Sequence record: PQ382034.1
Origin: Acinetobacter phage vB_AbaSI_3
Strand: one strand, 5' to 3'
Length of the DNA: 64,000 bases
A model generated the notes under the pieces. It saw only the letters and a program-made list of their open reading frames with translations, ran no database searches and was not told where the DNA came from. This document shows positions 1-8,675 of the stretch, one piece after another (position 1 is the first letter of the stretch; each line of letters starts with the position of its first letter). A program made the translations under genes and the position numbers.

Positions 1-695
1 GTGTTGTCAAATCCTGTTTAAAGAATAGATCTCGAGAACAATTTACTTCAGCATCGCCATCCATGTAAAATGTATACGCAGGGCGTTCAAGGAGTTTTAC
101 TGCTTCATGTATAGAATCATGATCATAGATGTAATCAAAATTTGATGTAAAGAATTCATCTTTACGGACATTAAGCATAGGGTGCCCATAATCATATGTC
201 TCTTTAGCACGTCGTTGTAACCATGCTGGATCATGAGGAATTGCACCAATTGCTGGGCTTCGCAAATTCCGAATTGTGTTCATAGTCTTCAAGAAATGTG
301 GTGAATTCTTGAGAAAGCGATGAGACAATTTAAGTGAGTACAACATATTTATTGTTGCAATAGTACATGGAATTGAGCCGACGTTAACACTATCACGAAT
401 AGTCCAAGAACTTTCTACCAGTTCATACGTGGTGCAATTTTTAGACATCGGATACGTGACTTCAAAGATTTGCCCGTTGATTCGATAGGCGCGAGTGTGA
501 GTATTGAACTTCTTCGATTTTGCATCAAATATTAATTCGGCCAACTCTGCATTGTGTTTAAGAGTTTCAATGACTTCATTTGCATGCTTTTCATCAATGC
601 AAATCATATCAATGTCTTTAGGTTTTAAGTTGTTAGGAATTTTCATGCGCTCTAAATGTTGAGCTAAAGCATACGAACCAATAATCAATGGTCTC
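1..695 (-). CDS. hypothetical protein, partial (N-terminus in window, runs off the 5' edge)
   Basis: Minus-strand ATG at 695 (MRPLIIGSYALAQ...) overlaps the upstream gene's stop as ATGA. The frame stays open to position 1. It was probably dropped from the ORF track because it is truncated. Confidence 0.5.
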
Positions 696-867
696 ATTTC
701 ATACCTCTACTATTTACAGCGTGTTTGATTTCTAATTGCATTTGATTAAAAATGAATGACAGCTGGATATCAGCTTTAGATGCATTAGGATCATCACGAA
801 CAGATTTGACAACCTGCTTGAGGGCTTTACGAGCCTTAATTATCAATTCAATATCTTTATCTTTCAT
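692..867 (-). CDS. small hypothetical protein (58 aa)
   Basis: ATG at 867 (MKDKDIELIIKARKALKQ...) with TGA at 692-694. An extended -10 box lies 30 nt upstream. It is below the ORF-track length cutoff. Confidence 0.35.
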
Positions 868-895
868 AACAATTTACTCTTTAAGGTAATAGAGC

Positions 896-905
896 TATTA
901 TATCA
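896..905 (-). promoter_or_regulatory. sigma70-type early promoter, extended -10 (TGATATAAT on the minus strand)
   Basis: The reverse complement of ctattatatca reads TGATATAATAG, about 30 nt upstream of the 867 start. The same motif recurs upstream of many minus-strand genes. Confidence 0.4.
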
Positions 906-928
906 AAACAAACAGCTCTATGTAAATA

Positions 929-1249
929 TCACGAATAATATTTTTTGCATGCAGTATAAATGCGATCAAGCCATTTCTCTTCAGTCATTTCGCCTTCATC
1001 GAACATCGTCGGATCATAGCCATAATTGAGATATCGAACCCAAGCCATCATTGGGATTTGATTATCGATTACTTCGTAGATATTACGACAATACTCGTCA
1101 AAATAGTAATACAACTGTTTCGCTTCAAGCTGAAATGCTATGCTTTTGAAGTTGCCATTGTACTTTCGATAAAGCATTGTAAACACAGTGTTAGCGAATT
1201 CTGCACGTGGATCTGTAGGTTTGTCATAAAAATCATAATACATCAACAA
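929..1249 (-). CDS. hypothetical protein (106 aa)
   Basis: ORF track entry; it is co-directional with the neighbouring genes and has no recognisable motif. Confidence 0.45.
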   Translation of the reverse strand: MLMYYDFYDKPTDPRAEFANTVFTMLYRKYNGNFKSIAFQLEAKQLYYYFDEYCRNIYEVIDNQIPMMAWVRYLNYGYDPTMFDEGEMTEEKWLDRIYTACKKYYS

Positions 1250-1482
1250 GACTCCGAGCTATTATACCATGTGATTTCAGTTGTGCCATGACTTTGAGTG
1301 ATGTCAAAATTCATGAAGTGTAACTCATGTTCTTCGATAATTTCGCCTACATGTTCAGCTAGTGTACGAACAGTGGCAAGAATTTCTTTTACACGAATTT
1401 CTGCAGTGAGCCGAGCTAAACGTTTAGCCTCTTTTTCATCTTCACGACGTTGCTTGACAACTAATGCGCCTTGTTTACTCAT
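1243..1482 (-). CDS. small hypothetical protein, member of a tandem paralog trio (conserved C-terminal HELxF...W-N/S-S-S-E-S/T-C motif)
   Basis: The C-terminus ...HELHFMNFDITQSHGTTEITWYNSSESC resembles the ends of the two ORFs immediately upstream. Confidence 0.5.
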   Translation of the reverse strand: MSKQGALVVKQRREDEKEAKRLARLTAEIRVKEILATVRTLAEHVGEIIEEHELHFMNFDITQSHGTTEITWYNSSESC

Positions 1483-1659
1483 TTAACTCTCCGAATTCGA
1501 CCAATTGCTGTTATGCCACACTTGTTCAATGACGCCATATCCATTGTTAGATGTAATAGAGAAATCTAAACGTTCTTCAATTGAAACTCGTTCGGCTTCA
1601 TCTAATAAGTCTTGAATGCTGTTGACAAGTTCTTGTAAATATTGCTTACTTTTGCTCAT
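1483..1659 (-). CDS. small hypothetical protein, paralog 2 of the trio (probable start MSKSKQYLQ)
   Basis: The track ORF 1483..1734 overlaps the next gene. The internal ATG at 1659 follows an aaaggtg SD. The C-terminus reads ...ERLDFSITSNNGYGVIEQVWHNSNWSNSES. Confidence 0.45.
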   Translation of the reverse strand: MSKSKQYLQELVNSIQDLLDEAERVSIEERLDFSITSNNGYGVIEQVWHNSNWSNSES

Positions 1660-1669
1660 AATGGCACCT

Positions 1670-1861
1670 TTAACATGTTTCCGATGATGGCGACCATGAA
1701 GAAGTCGAACCGTAATAGCGACCACCCATGCCATATGCGGGTTGAATATAAAAATTTAACTCATGCTTGTCAGCAAAAGCCTCGGCTTCATGAATAGCAG
1801 CATAGATTTTCTTACGCAATGCTTCCATATGTTCATCGATTTGGTCTTCAGACGTTCCCAT
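1670..1861 (-). CDS. small hypothetical protein, paralog 3 of the trio
   Basis: The C-terminus ...HELNFYIQPAYGMGGRYYGSTSSWSPSSETC carries the same motif. Confidence 0.45.
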   Translation of the reverse strand: MGTSEDQIDEHMEALRKKIYAAIHEAEAFADKHELNFYIQPAYGMGGRYYGSTSSWSPSSETC

Positions 1862-1923
1862 GTGTTTATCCTTAAAAGGTAATAGGACTATTATAACATA
1901 GTCCTATGATGCTGTAAACCACT

Positions 1924-3420
1924 TTAGAAATTTAATTGTGCTGCAAGATCTTCAAGTTCAGATCGTGATGCTGCAGAAATTCGATGTACTTTTTCTAGTT
2001 CTTCACGATTAGACAATTTGATTGACTCTTCTGTGATAGGAATATTCTCCTTTGCATCAACACATGCTTTAATAATGATGTCATCAGTCATCATTTCGCC
2101 AGGAATAACTGGTGCACTTGGACCATCCGCTTCATACCAACGCTGATTACCTTTCTTAACACATAACGTGAATTTGTTATTGATTGACTTGTCGCCATAA
2201 CGAGATTTAATTTGTTTCATTAGCTGAACACCTTGTGCTGCAAGCTCTTCAGTTTCAATTGCAGCTAAAATGAAGTCAGCAGTATGGCTCAAGCCTGCAG
2301 ATTCTGCAATATCGCTCATGGTAATATCGGAGTTATCCCAACCGCCACGAGTTGTTTGAGCAGCAGTCCAAATTGGGACTCCTTCTTCAACCGCTAATGC
2401 ACGTAGTTCTTCAGCGATTGCTTTAACGAGTGTATATGAATTTTCGCTAAACACCTTAATTCGAGATGATGCACAAATACCCAAGTAATCGACAACAATA
2501 ACATCTGGCTTAAATCCTTTCTTGAGTTTGAGTTCATTCAATAACGCTTTAAATGTTAATGCATGCGCACCACCAATAGGATATTGTTTGATGTACAATT
2601 GTCCTAAAACATTTGCTCGTCTCCAACGTTCCATACGAGCTTTATATTCAGGGTAACTAACATGTCCATCATCTAAGTCATCCATTGAGATATCTAGCAA
2701 ATTTGCATCAATACGTTTTGCAACAACTTCTTCTGCCATCTCCATTGAGATATAAAGAACATTTTTACCAGATTGCAAATAGTCGGCAGTTAATGAACAT
2801 AGCCCTAAAGATTTACCAACATTGACACCTGCTAAAATGATGTTAAGTGTTCCAATTTCTACACCGCCTTTAGTGATTTTTCCAAGTATAGAAAGTTTGA
2901 ATGGAATCTTACGTGCTTTGTTCTGATATGATAACCAACGAGATTCATAGTCATCCATCCAGTTATGCCCAATAGATGAATCAAAGCATACTGCTAATGC
3001 CTCTTTCATGATATCTGGGATTGCACCTACATCAGGCAATCGTTTATCTCGTTGGTTTATGGGTTTATCAGCATTGTTCTGAATTTGAACAATTTTTACA
3101 GTGGCATTATATATCGCACGTTTTTTGATAAACGCTTCTGTTTCTGGTACTAACCAATCAATAGATTCCTTTTCAGTTTTAAGATTGTTTAATAAAGTAG
3201 TTGTGCCGTTGAAGTCTACTTCGTTTAAACTTGAATTGTTGACAACCAAGTCTAATGCTACTTTTGATGGAACTCCATGGTATGCATCTACATGCTTCTT
3301 AATAGAGTTATAGAGAATTCTTGCTGGTCCTTTGTCAAAATATTCCTCTTTGAGATATGGCCATACTTTGCCAAAATACTCTTGATTCGAGATCAATTGT
3401 CCTAAAATAATATCAATCAT
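1924..3420 (-). CDS. 41: replicative DNA helicase (DnaB family, T4 gp41-like) with an extra ~100-aa C-terminal tail
   Basis: Walker A GVNVGKSLG and overall DnaB-like organisation. It sits in the replication gene block, and at 498 aa is longer than T4 gp41 (475 aa). Confidence 0.75.
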   Translation of the reverse strand: MIDIILGQLISNQEYFGKVWPYLKEEYFDKGPARILYNSIKKHVDAYHGVPSKVALDLVVNNSSLNEVDFNGTTTLLNNLKTEKESIDWLVPETEAFIKKRAIYNATVKIVQIQNNADKPINQRDKRLPDVGAIPDIMKEALAVCFDSSIGHNWMDDYESRWLSYQNKARKIPFKLSILGKITKGGVEIGTLNIILAGVNVGKSLGLCSLTADYLQSGKNVLYISMEMAEEVVAKRIDANLLDISMDDLDDGHVSYPEYKARMERWRRANVLGQLYIKQYPIGGAHALTFKALLNELKLKKGFKPDVIVVDYLGICASSRIKVFSENSYTLVKAIAEELRALAVEEGVPIWTAAQTTRGGWDNSDITMSDIAESAGLSHTADFILAAIETEELAAQGVQLMKQIKSRYGDKSINNKFTLCVKKGNQRWYEADGPSAPVIPGEMMTDDIIIKACVDAKENIPITEESIKLSNREELEKVHRISAASRSELEDLAAQLNF

Positions 3421-3445
3421 GTGAACACCTTAATTAACTAAATCA

Positions 3446-3455
3446 ATTATATCAT
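3446..3455 (-). promoter_or_regulatory. early promoter, extended -10 (TGATATAAT)
   Basis: The reverse complement of caattatatca reads TGATATAATTG, 26 nt upstream of the helicase start at 3420. Confidence 0.4.
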
Positions 3456-3471
3456 CATCTCATAGAAGCAA

Positions 3472-3487
3472 TAGGCCCGAAGGCCTA
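3472..3487. terminator. GC hairpin taggcccgaaggccta (GNRA-like gaag loop), intergenic
   Basis: A perfect 6-bp GC stem with a 4-nt loop, directly downstream of ORF 3489..3791. This is the T4-style intergenic hairpin class. Confidence 0.4.
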
Positions 3488-3488
3488 T

Positions 3489-3791
3489 TTAAAAACTGAA
3501 CGGTTTCTTACGTTTAGAGAAGTTCACAATCATTTCTTTTAGAATATATTCGATATGTGGAATCAACTCTGCCTTACGATCTTCACTTGGAGTACTGAAG
3601 CCATATGTTACTCCATTGCCAGAAATTTGGAATTCTGTAATGTAAACAATATGATCTGTACCATCTTCAAGCTTAATTAGGAGTTCATGTTTTACATCTT
3701 TCATTGCATCCTTAATAATACTTAAAGACTTTTCATATAAAGCGCCTGATGGGCCTTTATCATCTTCTTGAATTGCTTCAACTTGTTCCAT
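3489..3791 (-). CDS. hypothetical protein (100 aa)
   Basis: ORF track entry; no recognisable motif. Confidence 0.45.
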   Translation of the reverse strand: MEQVEAIQEDDKGPSGALYEKSLSIIKDAMKDVKHELLIKLEDGTDHIVYITEFQISGNGVTYGFSTPSEDRKAELIPHIEYILKEMIVNFSKRKKPFSF

Positions 3792-3794
3792 ATG

Positions 3795-4913
3795 TTACTC
3801 CAATAATGCCTTTTCCCACATCGCGTACACACGAGATGGATTGTATTGTTCATATAATGCATTAGCACGTGCAACACGTTGTTCATATGTGTCTTCGAAC
3901 TCATTTAATGCTTTAGAATATGCGGCAATAATATCATTAGTTGACATACCTTCTTCAATCCAAACAACTTTAGTTAATGGATCATGTTCAAGTGTTGCAT
4001 GGCTATAACCACGTTTGATGAGTTGAAGTACAGGCACACCTTTCTCAATAGCTTCCAATGAACCGTGTTCAATAGTGCCTGTGTCATGACAAGTGTTAAC
4101 AAGGACTAGCGCTTCGGCTAATGTTGCCTGGATAGTTGCACGCGGAACATCAATATGTACAAAAGGCTCTTTGAGATATTTCTTAGGTGGTGCCCATTGA
4201 CTTGGCAGGAATGCAGCAATTTTATGATGAGATTTACTCATTGCTTCTAAAGCTACATTTGTCTTTCTGAATTTCAAATCATAGCGCTGTGCTGAAACTA
4301 CAACACCATTAGAAGGCAGCACTTTAGGGCGATTTTCGATTAATGTAGCCGGGAAGAAATTATCTGAGATGATGTCATGCTCTTGCCAATAATCAAAATC
4401 AATTGCACCTTTAGCAACTTTGATATTCATTTTTGAATACACTTGTGCTGTAAGGTCTTTAAATGTTTGAGTTGGCACAAGATTCTTGCCGCCATTTTGG
4501 TGAATAAAAACAGCAGTACGCCAAATTGAAACAAGTGTTCGAATACTAGGATCGAGTGGCGTTGCTAAAAGGTTTCGAATTTTAGGTCCTAACCCGAGTT
4601 TGATCAAGCCATTGATAACACCTTTTGCACCTTCAACAGTAACAACTACATCATATTTTGAATGGTCCAATTGTGAAATTTTGTCAATGATTTTGTTACC
4701 GTGTTTGATAGTGTACTTGTCTACAATTGGGTAGTCAATAGATATTGCATTGACTTTATATGGGCCAAAGTTTTCATCACCGAACGCCATGTAATCGATT
4801 TCATGGTGCTTACTCATTGTTTTGATGAAATTCAATTGAACTGATTCTAAGCCACCAGAAATATAATCAGCATTAAAAGTAATAAATCGACATGGAATGT
4901 ATAAAATTTTCAT
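3795..4913 (-). CDS. GT-B fold glycosyltransferase (candidate hydroxymethyl-pyrimidine DNA glycosyltransferase), paralog 1
   Basis: The C-terminal GSLEAIEKGVPVLQ...E motif resembles the GT4 EX7E region. The N-terminus (MKILYIPCR...GGLESVQ) recalls T4 alpha-gt (ARGLEG). It is a paralog of the next gene and is adjacent to gene 42. Confidence 0.55.
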   Translation of the reverse strand: MKILYIPCRFITFNADYISGGLESVQLNFIKTMSKHHEIDYMAFGDENFGPYKVNAISIDYPIVDKYTIKHGNKIIDKISQLDHSKYDVVVTVEGAKGVINGLIKLGLGPKIRNLLATPLDPSIRTLVSIWRTAVFIHQNGGKNLVPTQTFKDLTAQVYSKMNIKVAKGAIDFDYWQEHDIISDNFFPATLIENRPKVLPSNGVVVSAQRYDLKFRKTNVALEAMSKSHHKIAAFLPSQWAPPKKYLKEPFVHIDVPRATIQATLAEALVLVNTCHDTGTIEHGSLEAIEKGVPVLQLIKRGYSHATLEHDPLTKVVWIEEGMSTNDIIAAYSKALNEFEDTYEQRVARANALYEQYNPSRVYAMWEKALLE

Positions 4914-4946
4914 GTTTCATCTCAAAGAAAGTGTAGTAGTATTTAT

Positions 4947-4962
4947 GGAGCCCGAAGGCTCC
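4947..4962. terminator. GC hairpin ggagcccgaaggctcc
   Basis: A perfect stem with a gaag loop lies between the two GT paralogs. Confidence 0.4.
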
Positions 4963-4972
4963 AGTTTCAAAG

Positions 4973-6094
4973 TTATTTTAAAACATTTTCCCAGAGTTTG
5001 AAATATGCTTCTTCGTTAAATTTGTTGTAAAGATATTCAGCCCGAGCAACACGTTGTTCATATGTATCTTCAAACTCATTTAATGCTTTAGCATACATCT
5101 CGATTAATTCTTGAGTACTTGTGCCTTCTTCAAATTCAACTCGAACAGTATTAGGGTCGTACTCAAATGTAGCATGGTTGTATCCTTTTTGAATGAGTTG
5201 AAGTACTGGCGTACCTTGAGAAATAGCTTCAAGCGATCCATTTTCTACTGTACCAGTGTTGTGGCACGTATTGACAAGAAGTTTGGCAGTTGAAATTTCT
5301 TTTTGTATGGTTTGGCGTTTGGCATCGATAATGACCCAGTGATCTTTCTCCAGCCATTTTTTGCCAGGTGCCCATTTCGATGGACAGAATGCGATCTTAG
5401 GCCCATCAAATAAATCCATTGCACCGAATGCAACATTAGATTTTCTGAATGCATTGTCAAACCGTTGGGCTTGTACAATATGCCCTTCAGAATGAAGGAC
5501 TTCAGGTTTATTTGCAATCAAAATCGGCGGATAAAATTCATCTGCAATAATATCATGCTTTTGCCAATAATCAAAATCAATGACTTCTGCAGCAATACGT
5601 TCATTCATTTTAGAATAAACCTTTGCAGCTAAATCTTTAAATGTTTGAGTAGGAACGATATTCTTTCCGCCAAGTTTATGGACCATTACTGCATTGTTCC
5701 AGCATTGTACGATACCACGAACTGATGGGTCAAGTGGAGTAGCAAGAATATTACGAACCTTTGAAATTTGTCCGAGCTCTGCTAATGTATTAAGAACCAT
5801 TTTACTGCCTTCAATGATCACAATAGCATCGTACTGGTCCCAGTCTGTGATTTCTTGAAGTTTGTACTTGATTTTATATGCATGTGCGGTAGTGAACTTT
5901 GCGCCAATAGGTTTATCAATTGATAATTCGTTAACTTTAACACTGCCGAAGTTTTCGTCGCCAAATGAAACGTAATCGATATCATGCACTTTTGACAAGT
6001 TGACAATAAAATTATACTGAACCGCTTCAAGACCGCCAGCAACACGATCAATATCAAATGGCACTGAACGGCAAGGTAAGTATAAAATTTTCAT
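4973..6094 (-). CDS. GT-B fold glycosyltransferase, paralog 2 (probable start MKILYLPCR)
   Basis: It aligns along its full length with the 3795..4913 product (shared ...NEFEDTYEQRVARA C-terminus). The second ATG at 6094 forms an ATGA overlap with the upstream gene's stop. Confidence 0.55.
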   Translation of the reverse strand: MKILYLPCRSVPFDIDRVAGGLEAVQYNFIVNLSKVHDIDYVSFGDENFGSVKVNELSIDKPIGAKFTTAHAYKIKYKLQEITDWDQYDAIVIIEGSKMVLNTLAELGQISKVRNILATPLDPSVRGIVQCWNNAVMVHKLGGKNIVPTQTFKDLAAKVYSKMNERIAAEVIDFDYWQKHDIIADEFYPPILIANKPEVLHSEGHIVQAQRFDNAFRKSNVAFGAMDLFDGPKIAFCPSKWAPGKKWLEKDHWVIIDAKRQTIQKEISTAKLLVNTCHNTGTVENGSLEAISQGTPVLQLIQKGYNHATFEYDPNTVRVEFEEGTSTQELIEMYAKALNEFEDTYEQRVARAEYLYNKFNEEAYFKLWENVLK

Positions 6095-6095
6095 A

Positions 6096-6638
6096 TTATG
6101 CTCCAATAAAATTTTCAAGGGTTAAATCATAAACAACATCAGTAAATGATTTAGCTTCATTAATATTGTTGTGTACATCATGATCGAGGATTTTATATGG
6201 AGTTATATTAAATTCATCATATACTTCATTAAACCGATCCACAATTGCATTGAATTGATCTTCACTTACTGTAATTAAATCATCAGTAAAGCTATCTACA
6301 AGTTTGTTTCGTGTTAGCCCAATAACCAAGACTTCATTGTTTTGAATGAAACGTCTGAAATCTTCTTTGAAGATTTCAACTGGCTTTCCACGAAGAACAC
6401 TTTCATATACAATGTTACTTAAACCGCCTCGATCCAAAACATAGGTTTTACTGTTATCGACATAATTTAACATTGTTTCAAAAATTGCGACTTCATTTCG
6501 AGTTAGACAAGTGAAACGTCCTTCACTTGTCCTTTTCGGAAATTCCATCAAGGTTACATCAAAATGACGAGTAAGATTGCTAATCAAAGTTGTCTTACCA
6601 GCATTATCAGGCCCTTCTACAAGAATTATTTTTGCCAT
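6096..6638 (-). CDS. P-loop kinase (thymidylate/shikimate-kinase-like fold), substrate unknown
   Basis: N-terminal Walker A ILVEGPDNAGKTTL at the extreme N-terminus, as in small (d)NMP or sugar kinases. It is distinct from the gp1 dNMP kinase at 45.6 kb. Confidence 0.5.
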   Translation of the reverse strand: MAKIILVEGPDNAGKTTLISNLTRHFDVTLMEFPKRTSEGRFTCLTRNEVAIFETMLNYVDNSKTYVLDRGGLSNIVYESVLRGKPVEIFKEDFRRFIQNNEVLVIGLTRNKLVDSFTDDLITVSEDQFNAIVDRFNEVYDEFNITPYKILDHDVHNNINEAKSFTDVVYDLTLENFIGA

Positions 6639-7570
6639 ACATCTTCACCAGGTTGAATAACTACTTCATCATATGAAGGCATTATATACTCACTAATGAT
6701 GTTAGCATCAAAATAAATCAATTCACCTAACCCGGGATGAAACACATTTTGTGGATTTTCGTTGTAGATAATTGTCGGACGCTGAGACAACGTAATGTAA
6801 TACGCGATCTTTGACATTTTAACATCCATGATGGTTACATCTGGATATAGCTCGGCAATCTGATCTTTAAAATCGACATATGTGTCATTTGGATCTGTGA
6901 TAATGAGCATATTACCAGTTTCTGCACAATCTTTTACAACATCCATGAATCTATAACATTTGTCAGAGAGTCTGAATGGAAAGAATACAATATTAGAACC
7001 CATGTGCTGAGTGTCATCGATATTTTTAATATATCGTGCAATGACATCAGGATTGACTACCTTTTGAGTCATCACAATTTTATCTGCATCGATTCCATGA
7101 GCAATAAATTCTGCTCGTTGAGATTCATTCAATACAAATACTTTAATAGATTGCCGTGCAGTTTCAAGATCAGATTCCCACCATTTATCAATGTATGGAC
7201 GATCTAATCCAGGAACTTTGGAAATATTTGCATTGAAAATAAATTCATGAACTCCATTATAACCAGTGACATCAGTTATTAATACGTCGATGTTGTTTAT
7301 TCGCATAATTTCATCAACATTAGATTCATTCCAATACCAGAACCATTGGCGAGTTTCTTCAGCATTAGTACCATAATGAAATTGTACAAAGTTGAAATCT
7401 GGAAATAAGAATTCTAATTCAGATTTGTCTGAAATGTTGAATGGTACAGCAATCAAATCACCTTTCTGTGCACGATGTAGATGCAACTGAAAGTTGCCGT
7501 CTTTGAGGACGGCATACTTTCTAGTTTCATATGATCGCATCGAAAAAATTGGTACAATCATTCTAGCCAT
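6626..7570 (-). CDS. hypothetical protein (314 aa) within the modification module
   Basis: No motif recognised. Its position between the kinase and the dCMP hydroxymethylase suggests a role in DNA modification (a third transferase is possible). Confidence 0.45.
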   Translation of the reverse strand: MARMIVPIFSMRSYETRKYAVLKDGNFQLHLHRAQKGDLIAVPFNISDKSELEFLFPDFNFVQFHYGTNAEETRQWFWYWNESNVDEIMRINNIDVLITDVTGYNGVHEFIFNANISKVPGLDRPYIDKWWESDLETARQSIKVFVLNESQRAEFIAHGIDADKIVMTQKVVNPDVIARYIKNIDDTQHMGSNIVFFPFRLSDKCYRFMDVVKDCAETGNMLIITDPNDTYVDFKDQIAELYPDVTIMDVKMSKIAYYITLSQRPTIIYNENPQNVFHPGLGELIYFDANIISEYIMPSYDEVVIQPGEDVWQK

Positions 7571-7575
7571 ATCAT

Positions 7576-8283
7576 TTATCCTAAAAAGTTCTTAACGTAA
7601 TCCAAATCACGTTCAAATACATGTGCAGATACAATTGAGTGTGCATAAGTGCCAAGTCCTACACCACATTCTTTAGCAACATGTTCCATGAATCGATGCA
7701 TAAGATAAAAATCTAATTGCATTACCACTGCACAGTTTTGACTACGCATATGAGTATGCATGTACAAACGTCCTTCACGAATATAAAAGGTAATAGAATC
7801 TGTACATGGATATTCTAAAGTTTCATCTGAATCTAAAAGAACTTGGTCTTGCTCCTGAAGAATTTGGAAAACTACTCGTCGTGAGTTTGGTTTTTCTTTA
7901 AGTTCTTTAATAAGAGCTGGCATTTGGGCGGCGATTCGTGGCCCGTAGAAGGTGTTGAAATTCGAAGGAAGAGTATCCGTCTTCGGCTTTGCAATGAACT
8001 TCGCGACATTTGGATACTCCTTAAACGCTTGTTCCGCATCTGTGCCACCTTGAATCATGAATTCCCAGAATTTTTCTGCATAACCATAATCAATACGATT
8101 GATACGTTTGTCTTTAAATGTTGCACCAACATCTGGAAGTGCTACCTCTAAAAGAATTGATCCGATTTCACGACATTTGCCGATACGAGAATCCGTGACA
8201 AATTCAGGTTCAGTAATCACTAGATAATTGAGGCGTTTGAATGCTTCTTCAAATGTGCTAGCTAAAATATACTTTGTCATCAA
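7576..8283 (-). CDS. 42: deoxycytidylate (pyrimidine) hydroxymethylase, thymidylate-synthase fold (T4 gp42-like)
   Basis: Conserved blocks match T4 gp42: NSRR (T4 NPDSRRGIM), PCTDSITFYIR (MCTNTVQYLIR) and MRSQNCAVVMQLDFY (MRSNDVVFGFRNDYAW), with a histidine near the C-terminus. Confidence 0.7.
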   Translation of the reverse strand: MMTKYILASTFEEAFKRLNYLVITEPEFVTDSRIGKCREIGSILLEVALPDVGATFKDKRINRIDYGYAEKFWEFMIQGGTDAEQAFKEYPNVAKFIAKPKTDTLPSNFNTFYGPRIAAQMPALIKELKEKPNSRRVVFQILQEQDQVLLDSDETLEYPCTDSITFYIREGRLYMHTHMRSQNCAVVMQLDFYLMHRFMEHVAKECGVGLGTYAHSIVSAHVFERDLDYVKNFLG

Positions 8284-8675
8284 TTCACCTCTGGGACATA
8301 TGGTTGTTTAGATAATAATTCATTGTTACGAAAAGCATCTTTGAATTCTTTAGGGTTCAACGCCTTATCATCAATGATCCAGTCATAAACCGGCTTATGA
8401 GTTATTAAGTGGTGATATTTCAATCCGATTTTCTTGAGATTTTTTATTAAAGGTGGCAAGATAATCGAATCAATTAATTCTGGGCCTACTGACTTCATGC
8501 CTCTGGCTGTGAACAGCGTGATTGTATGCCCTTGATCATATAACGAATTAATAGTATCAACCATCTGTTGGTCTGGAACGAAATTCTCATAATCTCGATT
8601 ATCATTCCAGACAGTAATGGTGTTATCGATATCTATGCAAAAATGTTTTGCACCAGTCATTAAAGTTTCTCCCAA
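8280..8675 (-). CDS. HAD-superfamily phosphatase (small, KdsC-like size)
   Basis: The DxDxT motif CIDIDNTIT is present near the N-terminus of a 131-aa protein. Confidence 0.55.
   Translation of the reverse strand: MGETLMTGAKHFCIDIDNTITVWNDNRDYENFVPDQQMVDTINSLYDQGHTITLFTARGMKSVGPELIDSIILPPLIKNLKKIGLKYHHLITHKPVYDWIIDDKALNPKEFKDAFRNNELLSKQPYVPEVN

Noticed and set aside
1660-1734. N-terminal 25 codons of track ORF 1483..1734 (MAWVVAITVRLLHGRHHRKHVKGAI)
   Set aside because: It overlaps the upstream paralog gene by 65 nt. The internal ATG at 1659 is preceded by an SD (aaaggtg) and gives a product the same size as its paralogs.
5245-6057. Short ORFs 5111..5293(+), 5245..5517(-), 5818..6057(-) inside the second glycosyltransferase gene
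   Set aside because: They are alternative-frame or antisense overlaps of a long well-supported ORF with a paralog; composition is atypical.
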